A DNA stretch of 63,344 bases, counting the filler, from Reticulomyxa filosa (lineage: Eukaryota; Protista; Foraminifera), in the NCBI GenBank assembly GCA_000512085.1. It is 19 parts of 19 records of this genome, joined end to end, with 100 filler letters (N's around TTAATTAATTAA, not from the genome) between each part and the next. Parts side by side here need not be neighbours in the genome. Positions count along the whole stretch, not along the records: positions 26,161 to 36,094 come from ASPP01002849.1; positions 36,195 to 38,236 come from ASPP01012306.1; positions 38,337 to 40,955 come from ASPP01026799.1; 16 more parts are not named here. The stretch is one strand, 5' to 3'. Within the stretch, counting starts at the first letter, position 1, and every line of letters begins with the position of its first letter. Both the position numbers and the translations under genes were made by a program. A model generated the notes under the pieces. The model was not told the DNA's origin. It saw only the letters and a list, made by a program, of their open reading frames with translations, and did not search any database. This document shows, piece after piece, positions 26,161 to 39,904 of the stretch.

Positions 26161-27708
26161 AATGGCAAGCATGATCCAAAAGATTTCGCTCGTTTTGTTA
26201 ATCATCTGACAACATCCACAAATTGTAAAAAGGTTGTACTTTTGGCAAGTGCAGTTTGGAGTGCCTTTTTTTTTTTTTGGAGTGGGGTAAATTGAGACAA
26301 TATATTACGTATACGTATACGTATATAAAACCTTAAATCGCCAACAGTGAACGCCCTGCTTTACTTCATAATCTTTTGAAAGCGACACACCTACATGACC
26401 GCCACAGATATTTCGGATCGCTGTGTTGTTGTGCTCCAAAGCTATACTTGAGTTCTTTGTGGCTCTGTTTGTATCGAGCCTCAGCGGAAAAAGAGACAAC
26501 TCTGTGTGTTTATTTTGCGAAAAGCGAATCAAAAGTTTGCAAAAAAAAAAAAAACAAACAAAACAAAAACAAAAACCTGTGGAACAAGTAACAATATTAG
26601 AAAAGGTCGAAAACGAGCGAGTGAATATTGAATGTTTTGGAAGCACGCGAAATGAATACGTAGCGTCGCACTGCAAATTCGAAACGCAATATTGCCATGC
26701 TTTTTGCTGTCTCTTAAGGTCGGTAAGGTCAATTGTGTTCCATGCTCTTTCCGAATTGGACTTTCCAGACTCATGCTTTTCGTCTTCGCAGTTGGACGAA
26801 AGCCGGCAAAACTCGACGACAAATACGTCTCCGTCCGTGCCTACTCCATGCTCTGAATTATCCTGCAGCGACGTCCACTCCAAAGTAACGGAGCTATCTG
26901 TCCTCGATATGACCGAAAGACTGAGCTTGTTAAGAACAGAGTCCGTGACAATCCCAAACGAATTTACCCATTTATCAAACGGCAACTGGCGAGACTCAAG
27001 CGCTACGTGGAAATCAACTGTAGAGTCCATTTTGGAATTCTGTAGTTTGGAGTCCACTTCGTTTAATATGGAGTCACTCCCATTTATTATCTGCTGCTTT
27101 CGCAACGATAAATCCAAGGTTGTGCTATTCCATATTTCTCGAACATTGTTCGAATACTATAGGTACGTATCACCACATACGTATACGTCTTGTTTATGTA
27201 CAAATACATAACATTTATTGGACGTACATACATATATATGTATATGCATGTAGAGGCTACGTACATTTTGCAAGGATTGAAAAGATTTATCCAAAACACT
27301 AAGAAGCGATTGCATCATTTGCAATTTTGTAGAAACAGTGGAATCGACAAGAGCAATAAGCTCTTTTTTTCTTTTTATAATCTTTTCAATTAGCTTTTCT
27401 ATTTCTTCGTTTATTTTACTTTTGCTTTGTTCACCTTTTTCTTTCACTTTTTTAATTGTCTCTTTCACTTCTTTTTCTTTTTGCCTCAGATCTTCCATCT
27501 TTTTTTCCATCGCTTTCATTTTTTCATCCTCTTCCACTGTTATTACCACAGTTTTTGGTTGCCTTGATTTTTCAAATGCTTCCAGTATTGCTTTCTTATG
27601 CTCCGCACTCAAGTTAGAAAGATTCAATAGTGCCCCCACATCCGCTACGGAGTCGGCTGAACCTTCTTCGTTCTTTTCACCTTCTTTTGTTGTTTGTTCA
27701 AAGGCCAT
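26161..27708 (-). CDS. Coiled-coil + fibronectin type III + SPRY-like protein, 3' truncated
   Basis: BBC-like coiled coil; SVTLEW..FVVEF..VSNLQCDATYSFRV (FN3); QGVHCWRFKV (SPRY-like start). Confidence 0.75.
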
Positions 27709-28316
27709 TCCCTTTTTTTATTTCTTTCCTTTTATGAATAAAAAACCTATTGAAAGGGGGAGATTTAAAAAAGATTGGAGCTTTTTTTAAAATGTTTTCG
27801 TGTTGCCCTTTCTGCTTCTTTCGATTCGTTTGTGAAAAGTAGCAAATGTTTAAACATGCTATAAAGTGATTTATTTTATTGTCCAGCTTATTTAAGTTAA
27901 AACTGGATTAGTATCTTGAAAAATTTCACATGAATGTCGAAGAAGAACAAGAACAGCTAGCCATTTAAGGTATCGAATCTTAAAAAAAACCAGTTTGTGT
28001 GTAATAAACTCAAAAAATAAACACTTTGTTATATAATTTCAAATATTTTTTGTGAAAGCCAAAGCAAACGCCAAAAAAACTTTATGTGACATAAATCATT
28101 ATTGAGATTATGGTAACAACAGCGTAATAATAATTTGCGATAATATACAATCAGTATTTTCTATTCTACAAAAGATTGGTCAGTTAGTGTCACACGCTGC
28201 ATTTCCAATGATATACCTTTCTCGGTTTGCTGCAAGCTGAAGAAACTTCTTTCTGGCGAAATGGCCAACAAAGATCATTCCAACAAATGCCAGCACCAAG
28301 CAAACGATAAAAACAA

Positions 28317-30673
28317 CAGCAGAATGCAACGTAAAGTTGACACATAAAACGGCACCTTATAGAGATTATTTATTTTCTACATAAAAAAACAACATTCAGA
28401 CATAATTTTTTTTAAAAAAAAAGATTAATCTTCTATGTTGCGTAGTTTTTGAGAAAACTAAGTTTTTTGTTAACAAAAAGATTTTTTCTGCAAAATTTAA
28501 TGTTATTTCAAAGTTTGCTCATTGTGAATGATAATGGTTTTTGGATACTGTTTGCTTTGTTTTTACTTATCATTGGTTTTTTTACTTTTTTTTGTCTAAT
28601 GCCAAACAAGTTAAGTTAATTCAAAAGCATAAGAACTAAATTTTTTTTTTGTTATAAGATTGTTTTTAATGAAAATTACAATTTGGTTAAATCACTTTTT
28701 GCATTGTAGAATGCTAGTATTCTATCTGGCATTGACTTTGTTAAGTTTGTTAATGTCTATTTGTCAATTTTTTCACATTCTGATTCAAATTGTTTCCAAA
28801 GTTGAATTGTATATTTTTGAATATTTTTATTTTCACTATCCACCACATATTTTCGATTTGGTTCAGATCTGGAGAATTTAGATTGAAATTCAATATTTTG
28901 ATAGTATTTTTTTCAAACAATCTTTTTATGTAATTTCTTTGTGGCTGTTGGTATTACCTTGCTGAAATATCAAATCTTCATTTTCTTCTAATGCTTTTTG
29001 AGTATTTCATCAACTAGAACTTCTTTGTGAATATATGCATCGACACATCAATTAATGTTACATGCATAACCAGGTCATAACACTCAAAGTAAGACCACAA
29101 TATTATGCTTCAACTACAAATTTTTGATGTTTTTATGATTGAACGCCATCTTCTATTTGCGCACATATTCATGACTTACACGAAATTTTTTTGCAACTTT
29201 GAGCAAACTCCAGTCATAACGCAACAGTTCAACATCACGTATTTTGTTAAAATTCTCAATCATTTAGCAATTTTTCAAAAAAAAATTAAAAACTCAAATA
29301 TCGAACTACATTTAGCTAAAAAATAAAAAAAGGATATATTGAAATAATTAGGAAAGATGTAATAAAAAACCAAAATGATATTTAAAAAGTACATTATTTA
29401 TAAAATTTTCTTTTTCAACATTCCAACAAGTTTTTTGTTTTATTATTATTTTTTGGTTCTAGTAATGACTCACAAGCTGTCTGGAATACAACAAGGAATT
29501 TTATTTGAAAGAATACGTATGTGAATGTCGTATCGTGAGGCTGTCCAACAATTTGTGATAAATCATGACATAGCAAAAAAAGTTTACCTCAATCCTCAAC
29601 ATTGAAACGATTATACGCAAAAGATGATATGGATATCCTAAAACGGGACTGATAGAGATGCTATGCTTGCGATTCGCTTAATTTACTCTGGAGAGGCACA
29701 AACAGCTATAGGTTTGCAGCGACTACTCGCACGAACATATAAAAGAGCGTTCTCCGTTAGCACTGTGAAGAATATTTTAAAATATCAGGGTTTAAATGGT
29801 CGCATACGTATCAAAAAGCATCGGTTAACTAAGCACAATAAAAAGTTACGTTTATATTTCGCCAAAAAACACAAACATAGACCAAAATTGAGTGGAGAAA
29901 AGTGATTTTTTCCGATAAAACGAAAATAAATTGTTTCATAAGTGACGGGAAATAATACATTTGGTAAAGACCTAATGAAATGATTTCCGATCGTACTACT
30001 AAGCATACTGTGAAAGGTGGTGGAGGAAGCATGGGCAAAAGTAGCCAGTGATTCTGCTAAAATCACATGTACTGTTAACTCTGAGTTGTATAAAGATATT
30101 CGTGCTGAAGAAATTTGGAACGCTAGTCAATATTGTCTCGAAGAAAAGTGTCATGAATACTTTATCATTCAGCAAGACAATGAATCTTATAACAAGTCAA
30201 ATTCAACTATGAAATTTTTGGAGAATAATCGAATAGCACTCTTAGAACATCCTCCACAGAACACAGACCTCAATCAAATCGAGAATCTGTGGCGAATTAT
30301 AAAGATTAAGATCCACCAAAACCATAAGGTTAAATCTTTGGAGAAGCTTTATTGTAAATAATTTTATAAAAAGCAAATACACTCTGCTACATACCCCAAG
30401 GTGATGTGGAGATATTTCCTCAATTCCAATCATTTTTGAAAATTTTTTTCTTCTAACAACTTTTCTAAATTTTTATTTAAACTACTTAAAAAAGTTTAAA
30501 CGTATATCCAGTAAACCAGAAAAAATAATCACAATTTGATACTAAAATTTTGGTTAGAAACACAAACAATTCATATTTTAGGGGCGGCTAATTTTTTTTT
30601 GTCGCAACTGTAGAAAATCAATCATCTATATAAGGTGCTGTTTTAGTTGTCAACTTTACTTTGCATTATACTG
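28317..30673 (-). mobile_element. Outer Tc1/mariner element with TIRs of at least 63 bp and a decayed transposase (28676-29263, minus)
   Basis: TIRs 28317-28379 and 30611-30673 match at 54/63 and start CAG; TA at 30674-30675; remnants LLKVAKKFRVSHEYVRK, IFQQGN, SPDLNQIENMW, SMPDRILAFYNAKSDLTKL. Confidence 0.88.
29465..30610 (+). mobile_element. Inner Tc1 element (decayed transposase 29465-30361); right end ..GTCGCAACTG|TA
   Basis: MSYREAVQQF HTH, TVKNILKYQGL..KKHRLTKHNKKLRLYFAK, TVKGGGGS, IIQQDN, PPQNTDLNQIENLW; left TIR not found. Confidence 0.88.
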
Positions 30674-32997
30674 TACATATACGTATTTTATTTTTTTTGC
30701 TAGACAATGATTTTCCATGTTTTTTTATTATTAAAAAAATTTAATTATTACGTGCTCCCCAAGAGACAATAAGACAATATTCCTGTTAGCATTCCAGCAT
30801 GCGCTATTACGTAATCTTTTAATGTAACGGAGGTCAAACCCATGAAATCTGTCTACGTGTGAGGAAAAAGAAAATAAAAAAGCTTATTTGCACGTGTACG
30901 TTTAGTGCACTCAAGGTACGTTTTGTAAATGAATACACGTATACGTACGTACGTAGACAATAACAATTCAAACCATTGAAAGAAATAATTTGAGCCAACC
31001 GCAATAAAAAAGTTACTTTGAAACCGTTTATATTAACCACTTGGTCAATGAGCTTAAATTTTTAAATTTTTGCGCGTATTGTGCCACTGTTTCCCGAAGC
31101 ACAAATTTACATAAAAGATATGCTGCTGTTGCTCCCGCAGATTCACCCACAAACCAAAAATATTGTCAAAAAACACCACCTCATTGACCGACGACTTTCA
31201 TAACATCCATTCCATCAATAGAAACGTTTTTCATTCGGTGTAAGATTGTTAGGTATGTGATACGTGCACACAAGCCAATTAAGCTGGTTTCTTTTTTTTA
31301 ATTACTATTTTAAAAAAATTAAGCGGAACTTAGTTAAAATACAAAACCTGCGCCTACTGTAAGCAATAAACCTTTTTATTGTAATTTTTTTGTTATTAGC
31401 TATTTTTTAAAATGTAATAAAAAATATTGTGCTACTTTTTTATAACTAATTTTTGGGAGGAAAAAAAAAGTGTGACTTCAGTGAATGTCTATTTGCCTGG
31501 TACAAACAAAACAGTGTCGAAGAAGTACAAAAATAAAGCAAAAGAATCTAATTCAGAATTTGATTGCAGCCAACTAACGAGTTAATTAAAAAATATTTCT
31601 TCAACAGATTTGAGTTAATCAATAATAATCAGCTGACAATTGATTATTATCATTTTACTCTACATCTGAGATATATTATATATTGAAGATAGCCTCGTTT
31701 AAGATTTTTTGATGAAAATATTCTAAATAAAATGTTTATTGATGAAATAATATTTTTTTGTGAAATGTAATACTATTAAATTAGAAAAAAACATTAAATT
31801 ACTTCCACTTTTGAAATTTAAAGCAAATGGAACTTGCAGTAAGAATTACATATTATTGATTCAAAAGTCATAATTAACTCATTTCAGGAAAAATATTTAT
31901 TCTTTTGTTTTTATTTTATTTTGGTGTACATTCAATAAGATTTCAAACGTGATAACTGTGTATAATATGTAGGGCAGTGTAATAAGAAAAGAATTATTAT
32001 GACATTTAGTTTTCATTTTAAAAAATGAACTAAGTAAGAAATAATCAAGACACAAAAGACAGCAAGAAATTTGTTGAAAAAGTAAAAATAAAAAGTTTTA
32101 AAAGCCAAAATATTATTCCATTTTTACTGAATTGTGATAGTTTTAGTAAATATTACTAAGTCAATTATATTTACATAATAATGTATGGCAATGTTCTAAC
32201 AGTGTAAAGGGAAGTTCACGCGTAACCTAGGAAACATCTTTTTTACAACAACTTACTTACCTTTTCTTCAAACTTCTCTTATTCTCTTGTTGTTGTTTCA
32301 TATTCTTCTTTTATTTAAACTAGTTTCGTTTTTTGAAAGATTGCTTAAAGAGAAACTATTCGTATTACACTTGATATTCCAGTCGAGACAATCTACCAAC
32401 TTCCTACAATCAGATAACTCGATATTGTCTGATAATATCATTTGCAATGATTCCATATCAAAATATTACATTCTTGTAGCGATTATTTCATTTAATCAAA
32501 TTATCAATTTTAAAAGTTGTAGTTATTTATTTGTTTTATTGTATATTTTTTACAAAATTTTTGATATTTGATTTATTACAAATATTGTGACCTTTTATCA
32601 TATTCAGAAGTATAAAGTGAAGTTAACTTGAACTCAAAACATGTTGTTCATATTGTTTTTAGTGTTATTTATCTAAAATAATTCTTTTTCAAGGGAAACT
32701 GAATTATTTTTATCTTTAAAGTGATTAAATTACATTAAGTTGTCATTGAACTAAACTACATAGTTTGATGAAATTTGTCATTGCCTTTTTTTTTTCGAAA
32801 GCGTGATTACTAATACTAATTTTTCGACTATGTCCTCAACGTAAATATTTGGAAATATTTTGGCGTGATCAGAAAAAATAACTGACTCAAATTAAATAAA
32901 ATATTGAAACGTACATTCCCCACGTTCATTATCCCATAAACAAATTTCTGTTTCGTTGTGAAACTAAATCTCTATGTTTCCATAAAAAAAAAGGCTG

Positions 32998-35900
32998 TTA
33001 TTGTGCGAGCTGATTTGTTGTACTGCGTCTTGCAACACCAATATGACACTCGTTTACTTTTGCTGCAAATCGCAACGAACACAGTGATTCTATTTCCAAT
33101 TTCAGAAATAAAAAGTTTAAAATAATAGCGATACGTACAAAACAAAATATACCATCAAGTTTATCGAATTCTGGACACAAGTTCACAAACATTAGTGTTT
33201 TCGATTGCCCACCGAAATAGTTCATCAGCAAATGTGTTAATTTACTGTTTCGATAAGGAACATGTTTGTTCTTATGCACTAAAGCATGAATGACATCACC
33301 TAAACAGCTCAAAGAACTGTTAATATTTTGCGTTTCTACCAATTGTTGTCCCTGTGCCGTATATTCATGATCGTCCAGAAATACGTATATACAGAATACG
33401 TATATGTACATAATTTTGTATACGACTTTTTAAAAAATAACTTGTGCATTGGATTTTTTTAATCTTTCACTTCCGGCCAAATCGATTAAATTTAACGCCC
33501 CAAAAATCTGTTGTTGAGTAACTGTATTAAAGCCTTTCAAAAACAATTGAAACACGGAATGTGATCGTGAAGAACGTTCATTGCAATCTGTTTTTCCTGT
33601 GCTTCGGTTTTTGCTGGCACGCAATAGCAAAGGATAAACGTCTTGTGGGCACTGGACATTGCAATGAGTCAAACCACTCACTTCCACTTCATTTTTATTT
33701 TTGTTGTCCTTCTTTAACGTCAATTCCAAATATACGTCATCACGTGGTGCCAACAAATCACGGATCTTTGAAATAAATATACGTACTTACATCAATTTTT
33801 TTTTTTACTGGGGAAAAAAAATTAACTTTTTCATTATAAATTTCCAAAAATGTTGCAAAAAATTGATATTTCCATCCTTTGCTCGCCAATGTTTCAGCAT
33901 GATAAAAAATTTGTTCGACAGCGCGAGGAATCATACCCCTGTTGTTATCGTCATAATTTAACGATGGTCCTTCCATAGTATACGTTTTGCCAGAACCCGT
34001 CTGCCCATACGCAAATATGCAAACTGTGATTTATTAGTATTGCTTTTTGTGTAGGCAAAAAGGAACAAATTAATAATGGGAAAAAACCCACTTTGTGGAG
34101 AGATTTCGACATAACAAACCTTTGTAGCCGTCTAATGCAGATTGCACTAATTGTGAAATTTCGTTGAACACATCTGTCTGTCTTTCCGACGGTTTGAACA
34201 CACGATCAAACGAAAAGGGGTACAGTTTGCTCTCCACTTTTTGACCACTAACATTGACTGTTGACTCCCCAACGAGAACAATCGATTGTTGATCGCCTGT
34301 TTGCTCCGGATATTCAAACATTTCGTTTCCTTTCTCTTCACCACTTAAAAATGGTCGGATTCGGCAATATACTCGAATGTTACCTTTCAACTCTTGAATT
34401 TTATTGTGGAGTTGCTTTCGATACTCTTCATCCTTATTATTTTTGTTATTATTATTTTCTTTTATTATGACGTATATATGTATGTACGAGATATATATAC
34501 ATTTAATATACGTTTTTCCTATATATAAAAAAAAAAGTACATACTTTTCTCGACTGATTTTCTAATTCATTAATAGCTTGTTGCAACTTTCGGATGTGTT
34601 CATCTCGACGTGAAAGTTCTTGCGTTTGTTGATTACAATTGGTGCTCAGCTGTTCGAATTGCATTTTCAGCGCGGAAATTTCTGTTTTTTTGGAACAATT
34701 GTGCATTATTCAAAGCGATTGTACTTTCCAAGTTTTGTCGAGCTGAATCCAATTCTGCAATTTGTTTAATCTGGTTCTCCATGCCATTGCTTAGCGACTG
34801 ATTTTTTAACTGCAATGACATATTTTCTGTTCTTTTTACACATATATACGTTGCGTTTACGTACACGTTTTTATATACAGATGTAAAAACATGATAAACG
34901 TATATGATACGTGTGCACAACATAGACATAAACGTATTTTGATGTTTCGTAATAAAAAGTTTTTCAAGACAATTTAAAAAAAAAAAAAAATTTGCCAAAC
35001 GTTACTTGGCTTGTTGGATTTCTTGTTTGCTCGAATTTAAATGGAATTGCATTTGTTGAATAGTTGCGTTTAGTTCAGCGATTTGTTTGTTTTGGGCGTC
35101 ACTTTGTTCGCGCAAATGTTCGAGTTGCGGTTGCACTTTTTCCAGTTCTAATTCTTTCAAAGATAACGCCGACTGCAACGTTGCCACCTGTTGCACTGCG
35201 CGTTCTTTCGCTTGTTCTAGCACCACACATTGATTTCTGCAAGCTTCCATCTGCGCTTGCATCTGGAATTTCTCCAGCCGTCCACTCTCTGTCGACGTTC
35301 TCTTTATCTCATTTTCGCGCTCCAACTCGTCCAATCGTCGTTGCAGTTTTTGCATCCTTTTGTTATTTTCATCTTCACGCGCATTCAATTCGTTCTCTAA
35401 CTCTTCATTTTGTTCTTTATCATATTTTGCATAATTACATATACGTATATACATACACATAGACGTATGTACTTTAATAATACAAAAGAAATAAATAATT
35501 GAATCAATCTCTCCTTTCCCCTTTCACAAACATAAGTTGCGATAATGCGTAAGAAAACTTTTTTTTTTTAAAATTTTAAAGCATGAATACAAAAAAGATT
35601 ACAAATCACAAATAAAACTACGCATTGAGAGACAGACAAGAAAAAGGAGCAAAACTTTGAAGCTGTTCGTGTTGTGCATTAGCTTGCATTAGATCCATTT
35701 TTAGCAGGTTGATTTGTTCTTTGGCCTCGGCGAGTGTGGCGACTTTGGCATTTGCAAATCGGTTGAAGCGTTGTGACTGAGTCGTACTCGACCTACTTCG
35801 ACTGCGATCTCTCGAGTCGGTCATGACTGTGCCATTGTCCAGAGCGTTCACGTCGTTGTGATGAAGTCGACTGCGTCCCCGTTGAAACAAGTTATTCCTC

Positions 35901-36070
35901 TTCTCCGCGTCTTTCCTCTTTTCCTCTTCCCGCTCCATCTCCTGCGATGTCGGACTCGTCGTCGCCGAATGGCCCCTCATTTCATTCGCACCACGAAGCT
36001 TCTCACTCGCTGTTGCCATTCCTGTCTTCATACGTACACCGCTGGTAAAGCTGTTGCGATTGCCTCTCAT
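32998..36070 (-). CDS. Kinesin-14 (C-terminal motor; KIFC1/Kar3/Ncd-like), multi-exon
   Basis: Tail and coiled coil, then [73 protein letters not shown]. Confidence 0.95.
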
Positions 36071-36194
36071 TTCATTATTATTATTATTATTATTNNNNNN
36101 NNNNNNNNNNNNNNNNNNNNNNNNNNNNNNNNNNNNNNTTAATTAATTAANNNNNNNNNNNNNNNNNNNNNNNNNNNNNNNNNNNNNNNNNNNN

Positions 36195-36736
36195 ATTATT
36201 ATTATTATCTTTTTCGATTGAGGTTTCCTTGTGCTGGTGCTTGCTACGTTTCTTTGAATGGCTTTTGGTCTTCTTTTGATTGAACGTAATGACTTCATCT
36301 TCATCTTCATCTTCATTCTCATTCTCATTCTCATTTTCGTTTTCATTCTCATCGTCGCTGTCCTCTCGTTTCATTACGTTAGTCAATCGCATCTGCAACT
36401 TCTCCCACGGCTTCAATGAATCGTTGCTGGAGATGGGCTTGTTGTCCGACCCAAAGTAGTTGGAATGATTTTCATACGCCAATGAGTGCAATGCCTTCAA
36501 TTGCGGTAAGCTTTTCTTTTTCTTCTTTTTCTCCTTCTTCTTCTTCTCATCTTCCTTATTGTCTTTTTTTTTTGGCACGTCCTCGCTTTCTGCTTTCTCT
36601 CGCTCCCGCTGTTGTAGTCGCTCGTCTAATATCTGCAACGTATACTGAGATATCTTACATACCTTGGACGGCTTTTTCTCAAATGCCTCAATTAAGTCCT
36701 GCTGTTCCAATACGTCGTGCAATTTGTAATGATTTC

Positions 36737-36781
<45 letters not shown>

Positions 36782-38183
36782 ATGTATACGTATAAATACA
36801 TGTTTGTAACGATAACATTGTTACCAGTGATTTGGACAAAGAGTTCTCCCAAAATAGCCTGCGGCAAGGGCTGCAAAGCAATAGCACAGGCGCTGCATTT
36901 AATAATTTGAGCCAAGTCCGAGTTCGGCAAGTCCACCGTGGTGACAACTAACCTGCATTTGATTCGAGCGAGACTGCCCGTCAATTCACAAAAGAATTCG
37001 GTTTGCATTGATTTTTTAAAGTAGTTTTTATCGCAATTAATGAAGGCGATTACTATCGCGCCATGGCTTTGGGTGTGCTTTTCAAGTTGTGTGGTCAAAT
37101 CGCCGGCGCTGTATAAAGTCGTCAGATCAATGCTAATCCCACAGTCTTTCAATTTCTTCGCCACAAAGTGCAGAAATGTCGTCGACGTGTTACCGGCGTC
37201 CGTCCTGACGACTTCTAAATCGACAAGTATTGCACCCCCTGGAAACCGCTTTCTTTCCCACAGGTACCTTAGTGCCATTCCTTTTTTTTTTTTTAAAAAA
37301 AAAAAAAACAAACCCCTTTTTCTCCCTATGATATCGTTTGTGAGAAACAAACATCCAAGTATACGTGTTATACGTATGTGGAACACAACATACCAACAGT
37401 GCTTTTTCGACCAATATCATCTTCGCCGTATACAAGAATGCAGTCCACCTCAGTTAAGGCAGCCATGATCTCTTGCATGACGATCCACCTTCCCAAAAAC
37501 GGCCGCGTAGGCAGGATATTCGTGTAGAACGACTTTGGTGAGTGGTCTCGAGGGGGTCCTGGCAACAAGTTCGGAAACAACACCAATTCGTGTGCATAAT
37601 TGTCTGATGAGTGAGGCCACAAATCAAACTGAGCCGCGATTTCCTCAGTCTTTTTTCTGTAACATCGATTATATACATATAAATATATGTACATATACAT
37701 GTACATATATATATGTATATTATATTGCATACGTATATATGTATATATATACTTATATATATATATATATACATACATATATATTTTGTCATGTTTTTTT
37801 TTTTTCTTCTCGCTCTTTGTGTTCAAAACTTATTCAATCCCATTGAGACAATATGCTTGGCAGTATCAAAGGCACGCTGAATAGTGCATCCATTCAAAAC
37901 GGCATTATAGAACTGCAAGGTGAATTGTGCGACGCTATTGCTGATCCCCACATTTTTTAGACGCACTGACACAATATGTTTAACTCCGGTCTTCAAAAAC
38001 GTTTTGGCCGCAGCCTTGGGCGTTCGGCTCTGAATGAACACACATTGCGTCATGTGAGGGTCAATCCACGAACACAACTTTTTGTGCGACACCCAAGTCC
38101 CCTTCCCGATTACTGTGTCTGACTCTAAAAGCAGATATCCATTCGAGTTGGCATATCCAACGTAGTGCAGTAACTTGCAGCCT
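36195..38183 (-). CDS. CHAT (caspase-like)-STAND/NB-ARC-like NTPase fusion with degenerate catalytic motifs, both ends truncated
   Basis: GCKLLHYVGYA..LLLES, CVFIQSR, FLKTGVKHIVSV, FTLQFYNAVLNGCTIQRAFDTA; then FLGR..ILVYGEDDIGRKS, FPGGAILVDL, IVIAFINCD, RLVVTT, IALQPL. Confidence 0.72.
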
Positions 38184-38416
38184 TACATATTGAAATAAAA
38201 ATAAAAATAAAAATAAAAATAAAAATAAAAATAAAANNNNNNNNNNNNNNNNNNNNNNNNNNNNNNNNNNNNNNNNNNNNTTAATTAATTAANNNNNNNN
38301 NNNNNNNNNNNNNNNNNNNNNNNNNNNNNNNNNNNNTTTTTCCCTCCTGATTATTGCATCATCCTCACACATACACACACACACACGCACCAAAAGAACA
38401 TTGGGTATAGTATGGT

Positions 38417-39863
38417 TCAGACGGAAGTGGATTGTGGCGGGAACAACAAGTCGCTAGTGGACTGATGGACTTTGGGATGTTTGGAAGAGGCGTTGTTTTT
38501 AGCGGATTTGGAGCTCATTGGAGGCGGCAAGCCACCGGGGCCATGAAGTGGTCGAACGTTGTTAAGATCGGGATTGGGATACTGTGAGCCGACGTCCAAA
38601 GGGACGGGTTTGAAATCCAGCCAAGTTTCGATCATTGATTCATCCAAATTTCCAAGCAAGGCGTCTTTCACAAGCTTCAACTCCGCTATGCTCTCTTCAA
38701 TGACGCTGATTGGGTTCGACGAAGATGTCGTGTTATTTTTTTTTTCTTACTATCAACATTTGCATTCGCATTCGTATTAGCAGTAGAAGAAGAAGAAGAT
38801 GATGATGAAAAAGTGAGAGGTGCAGTAGATGGAGAGTCTCCTTCCATTAGTAAAGCATTCATCAAAGGATCACCTTGAGAGGGCGAGAGGATATCATGGG
38901 AAACTTGTTTATTTTTTTGCTCTTCTTCTCCTTCTTTCTCGTTCTCTGTTTCTTTTTCTTTTTCTTTTTCTTGTTGATCTTCACTGGATTGATTGTATTC
39001 ATTCAGTTTACGCTGTTTGATAGTGGCCTGAATCTTGTCCAAAATTTCTTGCATTTTCTCGCCCAATGCGTGCTCGAATTGCAGTCTGCGGTGGAAGTTG
39101 GTCTGATCGCTCAAGTCGCCCAGCCACGTTTTTCGCACGTCCTCTGCGTACGTATTGACCGCATGCGTGAATGTGCGGGAGATTTGATTCCAACGGTCGG
39201 AAAAGTTGTACGTAGATACGTGTTCGTTGTTTCCGTGTCTTTGATTGTCGCTATTGCCGTTGTCATTGTCATTACTATTGTTATTGTTATTGTTATTATT
39301 ATTGTTGCTGCTGTTCACTTGCTCGTCATTGTCACTCTCGATAGTCAGCTCAGTGTCGCTGTCGTCGTCGCCTTTGGCCTTGCCTTTCGTTCGTGCCTTC
39401 TCTTTGGCCTTCTTGTCGCGCTCCTTTTTTCGAAGCTCTTCCTCCTTCTTGTTCCTCTTCATCAATGGCTTCTCCGCAACCTTCTTTATGGTATATGCTT
39501 GGCGCACAATGTCAGCCACATCTTCGAGTGGGGGGTATTTCATCACTCGCGATAAGCATTGTTGTTGATCGCTGTTTATTACTTTTTTTAAAAAATAAAT
39601 AAATAAATAAATTTATTTGTTTGTTTGAAATGTGTGTGCAAATTGGTTGTAACGAAGAATAAGTGCAAAAAAAAAAAAAAAGCTTAGTCCAAACAGTGCT
39701 GTCGAATAAACAATAGCATCGCACAGCAAGTGTAATCAACCATTCGAAAATCCAATTGCTGACGCAGCACTTCCTTAAAATGGTCGTTCAACTGTTTCTC
39801 CATTTCGTTCACTTTATTTGCAGTTATCAATTCTTCAAGGCCATCTGTGTTACCACTGGTTTC

Positions 39864-39904
<41 letters not shown>

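Larger units (their letters stand above)
28180..31290 (-). pseudogene. TVP38/TMEM64 (SNARE-associated, VTT domain) pseudogene split by Tc1 insertion
   Basis: GATAAYLLCKFVLRETV, NGFKVTFLLRLAQIISFNGLN, GLTSVTLKDYV..GMLTG; the last TM helix VFIVCLVLAFVGMIFVGHFARKKF lies left of the element (28180-28316). Confidence 0.8.
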
